64,000 nucleotides of DNA, from NCBI RefSeq assembly GCF_009834535.1, contig NC_045696.1, positions 40,922,001-40,986,000 of the forward strand, read 5' to 3'. Shown one piece after another: positions 39,431 through 49,936 of the stretch. A program made the translations under genes and the position numbers. The DNA is from Camelus ferus (Eukaryota). The notes below the pieces were generated by a model. That model saw only the letters and a list, made by a program, of their open reading frames with translations. It was not told the DNA's origin and ran no database searches. How positions within the stretch are numbered: the first letter of the stretch is position 1; every line of letters starts with the position of its first letter.

Positions 39431-40600
39431 GACGAGTGTCCTCCGCCACCGCCTCCCTGGTGGTCGCGGGCGCCACAGTCACCAAGTAGCGTGAGAAGGA
39501 AAACCGGAGGGACGCAAGGAAGGAAAGCAGCGAGCAAGCAAGCACGCTAGGTAGCAGGAGCGGACGACAGAAAAGGGCCAGAGGTCACCGGAAGCCCAAA
39601 GCATGCCGGGCCAGCCCTGGCCGTCCTTCTCTTCCTTTCTCAACTGAGGGGAGGAGGAGGAGGAGGAAGGGGAAGAAGAGGAGGAGTGTAGTGGAGTGGA
39701 GAATCACTTCCGGGTCAAGGTAAACTGGGCGTGAGGTGAACGTTCTGGGAGGCCCTTTCTCTTTCCTTTCGCTCCGCTGCTGTTTGTGACTAACTTCAGT
39801 GGTCTTGGCTCCGGTGGTAGCCTATGCCGTTCCCTACGCCTTCAGTAAAGAAGGGCAGAGGGCCCTCTGAAAGCGGAGAGGGGCGCGTATACAGCGGGTT
39901 TACAGCGTTATGCGAAGCGGAGCAGAGGAAGAGGCTCGGAAGCGGCCCTAAGAATGGGCGGGAGTGGCGGCAGAGTTGTGAAGGTTATTGGCTGGCAGGA
40001 GTGATGGGCGGGGCGTGGGCGGAGCTGTACGGTTGATTGGTGGAATTTGGAACCCTCGTTTTCCCGTTACAGCCACGTTGGCGCTCCTTAGAGTCCGGCG
40101 GTTGGCTAGCTCTTGCTCTGTTGTCTATCCGCGTGTCTGGGAAAACCAACGGATTGGAAGAACTTTTTCAAATGTGTAATGAAAGAGCCCAAAGCTTGAA
40201 GATAGCCTGCTGTATCACTGATCTTCTTAGCTCTACCATGGCCAGATTTTAGTTTGGACGACCTTGAGGTTATTGGGGGCAAACGCAGACTGCAGAAATC
40301 AGAGTAGGAAACGGGCAAATCTAGGTAGGCTCCAGTCGAAACGGCTTGAACCGGGTGCCTGCGACTCACCATCTGCACCATTTACGAAGGCGATGACGTC
40401 TGTGTGTTGTTACGAGATTCTCCAGCTGAGGGGGTAGAAATGCGAAGACCCAGAGTTCCCACCTTTCCTATAAGTATTTGTGTCGTATTGGATTCAGCTG
40501 ACACCCCAGCCCACACCTCGCTCCCTGGAGCATCCGCGCCCTCCCCAGTGCTCTGATCCTCCCGGTGTCATTCTTACTTTGCACTAGATGTTTTAGCCCT
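39000..40600. promoter_or_regulatory. CpG island / bidirectional promoter of TOMM70 (-) and LNP1 (+)
   Basis: Sharp rise in GC and CpG. ETS/GABP motifs accggaag at 39018-39025 and 39587-39594, cacttccgg at 39705-39713. GC boxes near 40006-40024 and an inverted CCAAT (gattgg) near 40035. Confidence 0.9.
39104..39430 (-). CDS. TOMM70: TOMM70 coding exon 1 (N-terminus, signal-anchor TM helix, basic linker)
   Basis: ATG at 39430; ORF 39074..39430; donor GAAATG|gtgaga at 39103. Confidence 0.98.
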
Positions 40601-41341
40601 CTTGCCACATTCCCAAGTCGGAATTTCAGTTCAAAGCTTTCATGTATCTCTAGCTTTGTCGAGTCCTTTACCCATGTTCTGCAACAGATCTCTTAAAATA
40701 CGAAAATTTCCCCTTCAAGAAATTGTTTAAAATTCACAGTATTTTCAAGAAGAAAAGACAAGTACTAATAAAATTAGAATTCAGAACTATGAGCGCTCTC
40801 CATTTCAGATATGCTGATCTGGGAACTCTTGTATTAAAAATACATAAGCGATTATTTTGGTTTTGGGTAAACAGGATTTTCAACATCGCAATAGCGCTAC
40901 GTAAAGATTGAGAAGAGATAATTTATTAAATAGCACCAAAATAGAATAAATTAGGATGGCCTAATTTGAAAGTTTCAAGATCATTACTTTTCTCTTGCTT
41001 CACGTGGGTTTCTACTAGTTAATTGCTTTCAGGCAATAGGGTTCCTTAGCAACAGGCTAAAAAGATGAGCTAAAAATAATAGCAATAGAATTGGTTAGAT
41101 CAAATAGTGATTGTTGCAGGCAATGGCTTCTCTCCCTTCCTGATTCCCACCCCCCAAAAAGCAAGTCTTTCCTTGAACATAATTTTTCCCTTGCCTTTTC
41201 ATAACAGAGTTAGGATTTTTCTTTCCTAAAATTTTAGTTTTCTGCAACCTCACAGAGGATTGTGGAATGCTGGTAATTACAAACTTGGTAGGAACTAAAA
41301 CATTTAAGGTTTTTTAAAAGAAACTTTTATTTATTTGTTGG

Positions 41342-41775
41342 AATACCTAAAAAATGTGAAAGTGGCTTTGGAACTACGTGATGGGTAGAGGCTGGAAGAG
41401 TTTTGAGACAAAACTGGAAAAAGCTGAGATTGCTGTGAAGACGCTGTTGATAGATACAAGGACATTAAAGGTAACTCTGGTGAGGTATCAGAAAGAAAAG
41501 TAGTGAGCAGGAGACAACACTTCTATGTTACAGAAATACATGAATAATTAATTAACAGAATGTTGCTAGAAATGTGGATATTAAAGGCCATTCCACTGAG
41601 ATCATAGGTGGAAATGAAGATTGGAAGTTGGAGGGAAGTGATGCTTGTGACACAGTGTGAAAAAACTTCATTGAATTGTGTTCTCATGTTTTACAGAAGG
41701 TAGAACTTATGAATGATGAAATTGGATATTTAGCAGAGGAGATTTCTAAGCAAAGAAAGATGTAGCTTGGATAGT
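41342..41775 (+). mobile_element. MaLR internal-region fragment (MLT1-int-like) without flanking LTRs
   Basis: aatacctaaaaatgtgaaagtggctttggaact...gggtagaggctggaagagttt...ggatatttagcagaggagatttctaagcaaa. Confidence 0.8.
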
Positions 41776-42849
41776 CTTTGTTTTACAGAATTATACTTGT
41801 CCTACCTCATCTATGAGAAAATAAGCATCCGAGATCAGGATCTATGTCTGATTAATCTTGTAACTTGGATAGTGCCTGACACAATGCCCTCTTAAATGCT
41901 GTGTCAGAGCAAAGGAATATGTTTTTTCTCTTTGCATTGGACTATTATGGAAGTTTACATCTTGTCCCTATAATGACCACATTATCATAATTATTTGTTC
42001 TCGTGTATACTCCCCATACTTAATTTTGGGTCCTTGAAGGGTGGGGACCATGTTCTAGCCATCTTTGTATTCTAACATCTATTAGGGGGCTGGGCATATA
42101 ATGAGTGTTTGTTAACATTTATTTCTCTACCCAACATGGTCCCTGAAAAGTGGTCAAGGCTGAATAAAGAGTTCACGAAGAATTTGTTTGACAATTTCCT
42201 GACTGTTGCTTTATCTCCATTCCTATTGCCAACATTAATGGTCTCGTGCCACCATTGCTGTCCAATACCACTGTATCAGCTGGGAAACCAACTGAACTGC
42301 TGCTACTGCTGCCCTCACCACCCTCATCATAGCTACTAGTGCCTAGTCCCAAGCATGCTGTAGTCACTGCTGCCACCTCAGCCACTGCAGCTGCTTCCAC
42401 CGGGACCTGCTTTGGTTTGTCCTTCGTATCCCACTCATGATATATAGAAGTCCCTGTTTCTTCCAGGCCCTCATGCTGTTAATTTTTCTCAAATCTTTCT
42501 TCTAATGGTTTCTGCCTTATTCAGCTTCCATCAAAGCATCAGTCAAGTGGGTGATACTACTTTGCTTCTCAGGGGGAATGTCATTTTAATGATTCAAGTG
42601 GTTGTCTTTTTGCTGTTAGAAGAAGCCTCTGCATTATCTTCAGGGAACAATCGACAATAACCCTAAATCCCTCTCCTTACCTGTGACTGTGAGCTCATAT
42701 GTATACTTTATGTACTCATTTGCCACCTTTCTGCCCACTCACACAGAGTCCTAAGATCTTTCCATCCTCATCAACTTAGCTCATTGCCACCCACAAGAAT
42801 TTTTCACTTGCAAATGTAGAAACGTTACTTTGTACTTTATATAAAGATA

Positions 42850-43030
42850 ATACACGTAGGTTATACTAATTGTGCCCCTGCACAAGGATGTTGGGGGAAG
42901 TGGGGGCTGAGGTCCAGCCTACGCTTCGTACATCACAGTCTTTTGTCAGGCTGGGTCTGCCCAGAGAAATGTATTCCTTTTTCTGATTTGCATGAAGATG
43001 CTGGTCCATCCCTAAGTGAAGGGCCTGCAG
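42850..43030 (+). mobile_element. MER91A-like hAT-Tip100 fragment
   Basis: ctgcacaagg...gtgggggctgaggtccagcc...ccttttctgatttgca resembles the recalled consensus. Confidence 0.55.
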
Positions 43031-43276
43031 GGGAGTATCCACCCATTTTCTAATTCATTCCTAAAGATTAGTAGTCCTGGTTATGCAGACCTGGTCCTAG
43101 CATTGGTCTAGCATGGAACCGGAGATCCTCTAGGCTATGCTTGCCTATTTTTACCTTTTGTTGTTTTTCCTAACCAGTGGCAAATAGCCTCACTTCCAAT
43201 AATGAGGAAGAGGCTCAATTTCATTAAAGAAAATTTGGAAAAAAATTTAAAACCATAAAAATAGTTTCTGTACACA

Positions 43277-43781
43277 TGTTCCAGTAATCTGCTGCTGCTT
43301 AACAAACTTTCCCAAGTGGTAGTGGTTTAAAACAACTATTTTATTACATCTCACAATTTTGTTACTCAGGAATTTGGGCAAGGCTTGATTGACTTTTCTC
43401 TTCTGATGGTGTCAACAGAGTTTACTCTCCTGGCGGATGGGCTGGTCTGGGGGATTCAAGATGGCTTCAGTCAGGATCTGACACCTTGATGAAGTTAGCT
43501 TGAAGATGGACTCATTTGAGACTATCAACAGAGCACCTTCTTGTGGCCTTTCCATCATAGCAGTCAGGGTAATCAGACTTATGTGGCAGCTCAGGGTTTT
43601 GGGAGACAGAGTCCTAGGAGTCCCCAGCAGAAGCTGCAAAGCTTTCCAAAACATCACTTCTACCACCTTCTTTGGGTCAGGCATGTTACTAAGGCCAGTA
43701 CAGATTCATGGGGAAGTGAATTAGGCTCCAACTCTCAAAGGAAGAAGTAGCAAAAAGTTGAATTATTTTTAATCTACCACA
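43277..43781 (-). mobile_element. MaLR solo LTR (older MLT1, H-like)
   Basis: tagtggtttaaaacaac...tcaggaatttgggcaaggctt...tcaagatggctt...gcagaagctgcaa...ttttaatctaccaca. Confidence 0.75.
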
Positions 43782-44509
43782 ATCTTCTACCAAGATTTAA
43801 TGTATGTTGTATTTTGCCATATTTACTTATGATGCAATTAGAAAAAACATTTTCATTACAGAATCTTGGTAGAAATTATCTGAAAGTCTAAATAAACATC
43901 ATATCTAACAGTGAAATGTTAATAATTTTCTCTTTGAAGTCAAGAACCAGCCAAGGTTTTCAAGTTTATTAGATGTTAATGAAGATGTTAATAAGACCAA
44001 AAAGGGAAATAAAGGGATATTAGAAAGGAAGAAGTGATTTTTTATTATTTATGGATAATATGGTTGTCTCCATAGAAAATCTGTAATCTAGATCTTCCAA
44101 AATAGTTCAGCAACATTGTGGATAAAAGGATAACACTATTTTCAAATTGGTCCCTTGTCCTTTCTGAACTATTGGCTATTTTTTGGTTCTCTGGTTCTTA
44201 GAGGTCTAATAGATGACCTGTTTCTTCCATCTCCCTTCAGCTTAGACAACTCTATCAGGTCTTAGCTGTTGGTAGTGTGACCCCACAACTTCCACTTGGG
44301 GGTGGAGGACATTTGTCACCTATATTTGTTGTAGAGTTGTCCATGAGTGATTTCATTTACAGTTGCTCTTTTGGTTTTCATGTGGGGGTTCAGAGAGATT
44401 GAAAAGCTATGCTGTCTTCATTGTTATCTTCCCAGAATACCTATAGCTCAAAAGCATTTGATCCTGTCACTACCCATTTAGAGAACTTTCTTTTTCTTGG
44501 TAGCAGTAA

Positions 44510-46783
44510 GTTTTCATTTTACTTTTATAGTGAAATAATTATCGAAGTTACAAATAAATGTACATGGAGGTCCAGGTACCTTTCATCCTCACCTTTTCCA
44601 ATATTGACAACTTGCATAGCTGTAGAACAGTATCACAATCAGGAAACTGACATTGATATAACCCAGAGAACATACTCAGATTTCACCAGCAATACATGTA
44701 CTCATTTGTGTGTACGTTGTAGTTCTGTGAAGTTTTAACACATGTATAGTTTCTTGTAACTACCACTGCAATCAAAATATAGAACTGTTCCATCACCCCA
44801 AAGCTCCTTCATGCTAAACTTTATAGCCACACCACCCCCTCCCAAATCCCTAGCCCATGGCCACCACTAATCTGTTCTTAATCTCTGTGATTGTTCTTTA
44901 AAGAATGTTATATAAATAAAATCACAGTATACATGCTTTTGAGATTGGACTTTTTCACTCAGCATAATTCTCTTGAGGTCAGTCTTAAATTGCTTTGTGT
45001 ATCAAATCTGCTCATTTATATGCAGGTTTTTGCATGAACATAGGGTTTAATTTCTCTATGGAAATGTCCAAGAGTCAATTGCTGAATCCTATGGGTATTG
45101 TATTTTTAGTTTTTTAAATTTTATTTTAATTAAAAAATTTTTTTTACTTTATTATTTTGGTGGGGTTATTAGGGATTTATTTGTTTATATGGAGGTACTG
45201 GGGATTGAACCTAGGACCTTGTGCATGCTAAGCATATGCTCTACCACTGAGCTATACCCTCCCCAACCCACATTTTTCATTTTTGAAAGAAACTAGCAAA
45301 CTATTTTCCAAAGTGACCATTGGTATTTTTCATTCCCACCAGCAATATATGCGCAGTCCAGTTTCTCTGCTTCTTCTCCAGCATTTGATGTTAACAAAAT
45401 TTTTAAAAATTTTGTCTGTTCTGATAGATGTATAGTGATATCTGATTGTGGTTTTAATTTGCTTTTACCTAATGGCTCATGACGTTGAATACCTTTTCAT
45501 GTGCTTATTTGCCATCTGTATGTCCTTTTCAATGAAATGTCTTTCATGTCTTCTGCTCATTTTCTAATTGAAATTGTTTTTCTTTTAATGTTGAATTTTG
45601 AAAGTTAATTATATAGTCTAGCTACTAGTCCTTGTCAGATAAATGCTTTGCAAATGTTTTCTCTCAGTCTTCAGCTTGTCTTTTCATTTTCTTAACAGTC
45701 TCTTCCAGAGAAAAGGTTTCTAATTTGATGAGATCTACCTAATCAATTTTCCCTTTTATGGATTACAGTCCTGGTGTCAAGTCTAAACTCTTTGCCTGGG
45801 TCTTGATCTCAAACGTTTTCTCCTTTTTTTTTTTCCCGAAAGCTTTTCAGTTTTACAATTTACATTTAATCCATTTTGAGTTAATTTTTGTGTCAAGTAT
45901 GAGACATAGGTCAAGGTTATTTTTTAAACTGTGGATGTCCAATTGCTCCAGCATCATTTGTTACTTTTCTACCTCTTCAAAATTTAGTTGAGTATGTATA
46001 TGTAGGTCTATTTCTGGATTCACTATTCCATTGGTCTATGTGTCTCTCCCTCTACAATACCACACTGTCTTCATTATTGTAGATATATGGTAAGCCATAA
46101 CATTGTGCAGCATGATTCTCCCAGTTTATTCTTCATTGTGTTTAACTGTTTCATGTCCTTTGCATTTCCGTACAAATTTTGGAATAAGTTTTTCTGGTCT
46201 ACAAACACCTTGATAGGAATTTTTATGAAGTCATAAATTAATGTGGGGAGAACTGGCATCTTTACTGTATTGTCTTCTAATTCACGAATATGTTAAGCCT
46301 TTCCATTTACTTAGTCTTCTTTAATTTCTTTCATCAGCATTTTGTCATTTTAGTATACAGATTCTGCGTGTGTTTTGTTAGATTTATATCTAAATATTTC
46401 ATTTTCTTTGAAGCAATCATAAATGGTATTGTTTTTAATTTTGATTTCCAAATGTTCATTGTTAATATGTAGAAATGCAATTAATTTTTGTGTGAGTGTG
46501 TTGATCTTGTATGTAATGACCTTCTGAAACTGATTTATAGGTCCTACGAGTATTTTTTTAGATTCCTTGGGGTTTTATACGTAGACATCATTACATAAAA
46601 ATCGAGACAGTTTTATTTCTTTTTTATAAATCTACATGCCTCCCCCCCCTCCTATTTTTCTTCCCTATTGCACTGACTAGAACTTCTAATACTATGTTGA
46701 ATAAGAGTGGCAAGAGTGGGTCTTCTTGCCTTTTTCTGATCTCAGGGGGAAAGCTTTTAGTCTTCCACCATTAAGTATGATGT
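44510..46783 (-). mobile_element. Old L1 (L1MC-like) 3' end extending into ORF2
   Basis: Antisense L1 text ending ctcagggggaaagcttttagtcttccaccattaagtatgatgt; ORF 46074..46259 (MPVLPTLIY...IPIK) is L1 ORF2-like. Confidence 0.88.
45110..45264 (-). mobile_element. tRNA-derived SINE (Vic-1-like) nested in L1
   Basis: ggaggtactggggattgaacctagg...ctaccactgagctataccctcccc with a T-rich tail. Confidence 0.9.
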
Positions 46784-46943
46784 GCTCTAGTCATTTAAAA
46801 ATAATATCTTCTCAGGACTATAAAAGCAATACATGATTATTTACAGAATTTAGGAAACGGGGAAAAGTATAAAAAAGAAAATAAAATTATCTGAAATCCC
46901 ACCATTCATAGTTGACACTTGGGAGCATAACTAATAAACTATA

Positions 46944-46970
46944 TGTATTAGGGCTCTCCAGAGAAAGAAC

Positions 46971-47008
<38 letters not shown>

Positions 47009-47380
47009 TGAGAGATTGAGCCTGAGATATATTTAAGGAATTGGCTCACAGGATTATGGAGGCTGGCAAATCCAAAATCTACAGGGTAGGCTGACAGGCT
47101 GGAGACCCAGGAGGCAATATTGCAGTTGAGTCCAAAAGCAGTCTGCTGGCACAATTTCCTCTTGCTTAGGTGAGGTCAGTCTTTTGTTCTATTCAAGCCA
47201 TCACCTGATTGGATGAGGCCCACACACATAATGGAGCACATCTGCTTTACTCAGAGTTCCACTGATTTAAATGAAAATCTTATCCAAAAAACACTCTTGA
47301 AGAAACATCCAGAATAATGTTTAACCAAATATCTGGACACCGTGGCTTAGCCAAACTGATAAATAAAATTAACCATCACA
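46944..47380 (-). mobile_element. MLT2 (ERVL) solo LTR with internal (AG)n microsatellite
   Basis: tgtattagggctctccagaga...aaaattaaccatcaca; perfect 5-bp TSD ctata on both sides. Confidence 0.9.
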
Positions 47381-48412
47381 CTATATTATATTTTGGTTTT
47401 GTCATCAAGTATTTCATTCTGAGAAGTTCTTTGTGTCATTAAGTCCATTTTTTTTATGGCTGCATGGAATTCCATTGTATGAATATGTCATAATTTATTA
47501 GCCTGATCTTCATTTGTACTTTTAAGATGTTTCCACATTATTGTTATTTTAAATAATGTTATGATGAACAAATATCCTTTGTAGGTATCTCTACTTATAT
47601 ACTAATAATACTCAGAAGTGTAATTTCAAGGGATTAGAATATTTTTTAAAGCTTCTTAGCTTTTTATGTCACCATATTTCTTTCCAGAGAGACTATATTC
47701 ATACTAACAGTATATGGCGTTTGACCCTCAGAAAAGATTGTTCTAAAGCTTCCTTAAAGTTTTTCCTTTTACTACTCTGAAGGCTTCCCATTGTTTATTG
47801 ACTTAAACTTTAATCTTTCTAATTTCTTTTTCTAAATGTCGTCAGTGTTTTGTCACAATTTTCTTTAAATGTTTGGTGATCCACTCCTGTATTGTACATT
47901 GCAAAGATTTGCTCCCATTAGAAGTGAGATTCACAAGAGTCTGATCCCCCCAGTTCTTCTCTGGAGCACTTCTCATGGGGAGGCTTGTGGACTCAGGTGC
48001 TGAGGTACCACCCTTAGAATCTGTGACATTGCAGTTAACAACTGGGAGGAAGCCTTTTCTGAAATATATCACGCTGATGAGCTGAATTGATAAGTTTTTT
48101 GTTAGTGGTAAAATTTAAGACTGTGTTCATTCTGTTTTAGAATAACAGGTGCTCAGGGATCAAAAAGACCTTGAGAGGTCATATAATTAATAACACTCCT
48201 GGAGGCAAAGCTGCACAGATTCCATCTCTGACAGATGAGAATGAATGCTGTGTTTCAAGGTCTCTTGTGGAAGAGATGAGTTATTGTTTTGTAAAAACCT
48301 ATTCCAACATCTAATAACTTTGACTATCATGAAGGCTACATTAGCCAGAATCCTGCAGAACTTAATGATGCTTAATGCCAAAGTAACTGGATATTTATAT
48401 AACCACTATTCT

Positions 48413-48483
48413 TTTATTTTATTTTATTTTTAACTTTTTTTTATTGATTTATAATCATTTTACAATGTTGTATCAAATTCCAG
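48413..48483 (-). mobile_element. 71-bp 5'-truncated retrotransposon (L1-like) 3' end
   Basis: T-rich tail plus tttattgatttataatcattttacaatgttgtatcaaattccag, between perfect 17-bp TSDs tatataaccactattct (48396-48412, 48484-48500). Confidence 0.8.
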
Positions 48484-49006
48484 TATATAACCACTATTCT
48501 AATTGGCAATCCTCCGAAAACACACCTTCTTTCCATCATATATTGTTTACATTAACTGTGGTATATTTTTAAAATAGTTTTCATAATATAAGCTACATAG
48601 CTTTTTAGAATAAAAAATGATGATGATATACCCTCACGTACATGCTTTAGGACACTTGGTTGAGCAATAAGCTATCCTTGTCTTTGATAATCAACCCGAA
48701 AGGGTTGCAAACTTCACAGTGTAAGTTGAAAACAATCATGGAAATGCATGATTACGTTATGATATGTTGCCTACAAAAGAACATTCTGACAATGAGGACA
48801 TTAAATAGAACACAGCACACAGATTCAAGTATTCAAGCACAGCTTTCTGGCAAGTGAAAACTGTCTAAAAACCATTGATGTATTTTGACTATTAAAGAAA
48901 AAGATGTAGTAGCTTAGTTCTTTTGTATATAGCATTTCTTTTCCAGAATGAGATTGTCTTGACCAAGTTTGAAAGCATTGTGAGGAATAATTCTTCCCTT
49001 TAACTG

Positions 49007-49098
49007 CTTTTTTTTTTTTTTATGGAGGTATTAGGGATTGAACCCAGGACCTCGTGCATGCTAAGCATGTAGTCTACCAGTGAGCTATACCCGCCCCC
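49007..49098 (-). mobile_element. Short Vic-1-like SINE (tRNA head plus poly-A only)
   Basis: Same head as the other three copies; TSD ttccctttaactg at 48994-49006 and 49101-49113. Confidence 0.88.
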
Positions 49099-49936
49099 TT
49101 TTCCCTTTAACTGTTTTAAGAAAAAAAACTTTACTGAAAAATAAATTACTACAACATATAGAGGCTATGGAGAATGAAATAAAGAGAATGAAATGAAATA
49201 ACTAAAGGAAAATAAAGAGAGAATGAAATAAATCAAGGGAAAGACATCTTTTCACTATTGCAGTCTTCTGAAGCAGCAAATGTGAAAACAGGGCATTGCA
49301 AAGCCATTTCATTTTTACACAGCCCAAAGATCATTTCCACTGCTTACATGGGCATCCTTGATGTCTGATTGCACATTGCAAGTTTCCTACCCTCTAAGAG
49401 AATGTTGTTCCTTTTACATTAAGCACAATAAGAAAACGCACACTCAAAATCCCCTAGAAAACTGCAGCTGTCTCAGTCATTTGACATTTTTGGGTAAACA
49501 CTGGGATTGGCAAGGCAGAGCAGGGTCAATAGGGCAGCTCTCTCTGGTTCCGTGCCCCTGGCAGCATGTCCTCAAGACAGGTGTCCAGGCCCCTGCCAGG
49601 GAAAGCTGGCTGCTGGGCTCTCAGGGTGCAGCATGGCTGCCTCTTGAGCCCTGGCTTCCGAGACGGGACAGAAGAGCACTTCCCTCCCAGCTGCTGAGAC
49701 TTGACACCTGCTGCTGCTGCTCCTTTACTCCCTTAGGTTTGTATAAGAACTTTGGGACAAAGTGGGGAGCCATCTTTCTCTCATACTTTTAAAGAAATGG
49801 GCTTAATTAGGAAAAATATGCAGGTGGACTAATTTTATATAATGTAGACCAAATGCTTTTCCTTTGGAGGTAAATGTATATCTTGTTGCTTTGGGAGAAT
49901 TTTTGACCCAAGATTTGAAGAGTTCTGTTTCCTTCC

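Noticed and set aside
39189..39537. Overlapping ORFs at exon 1 (101 aa on plus, 113 aa on minus)
   Set aside because: Expected from stop-codon scarcity in a GC-rich island; non-ATG starts.
42173..42400. Ala/Ser-rich ORF MEAAAVAEVAAV...
   Set aside because: Arises from low-complexity CTG/CAC-rich sequence with a GTG start; no exon structure is evident.
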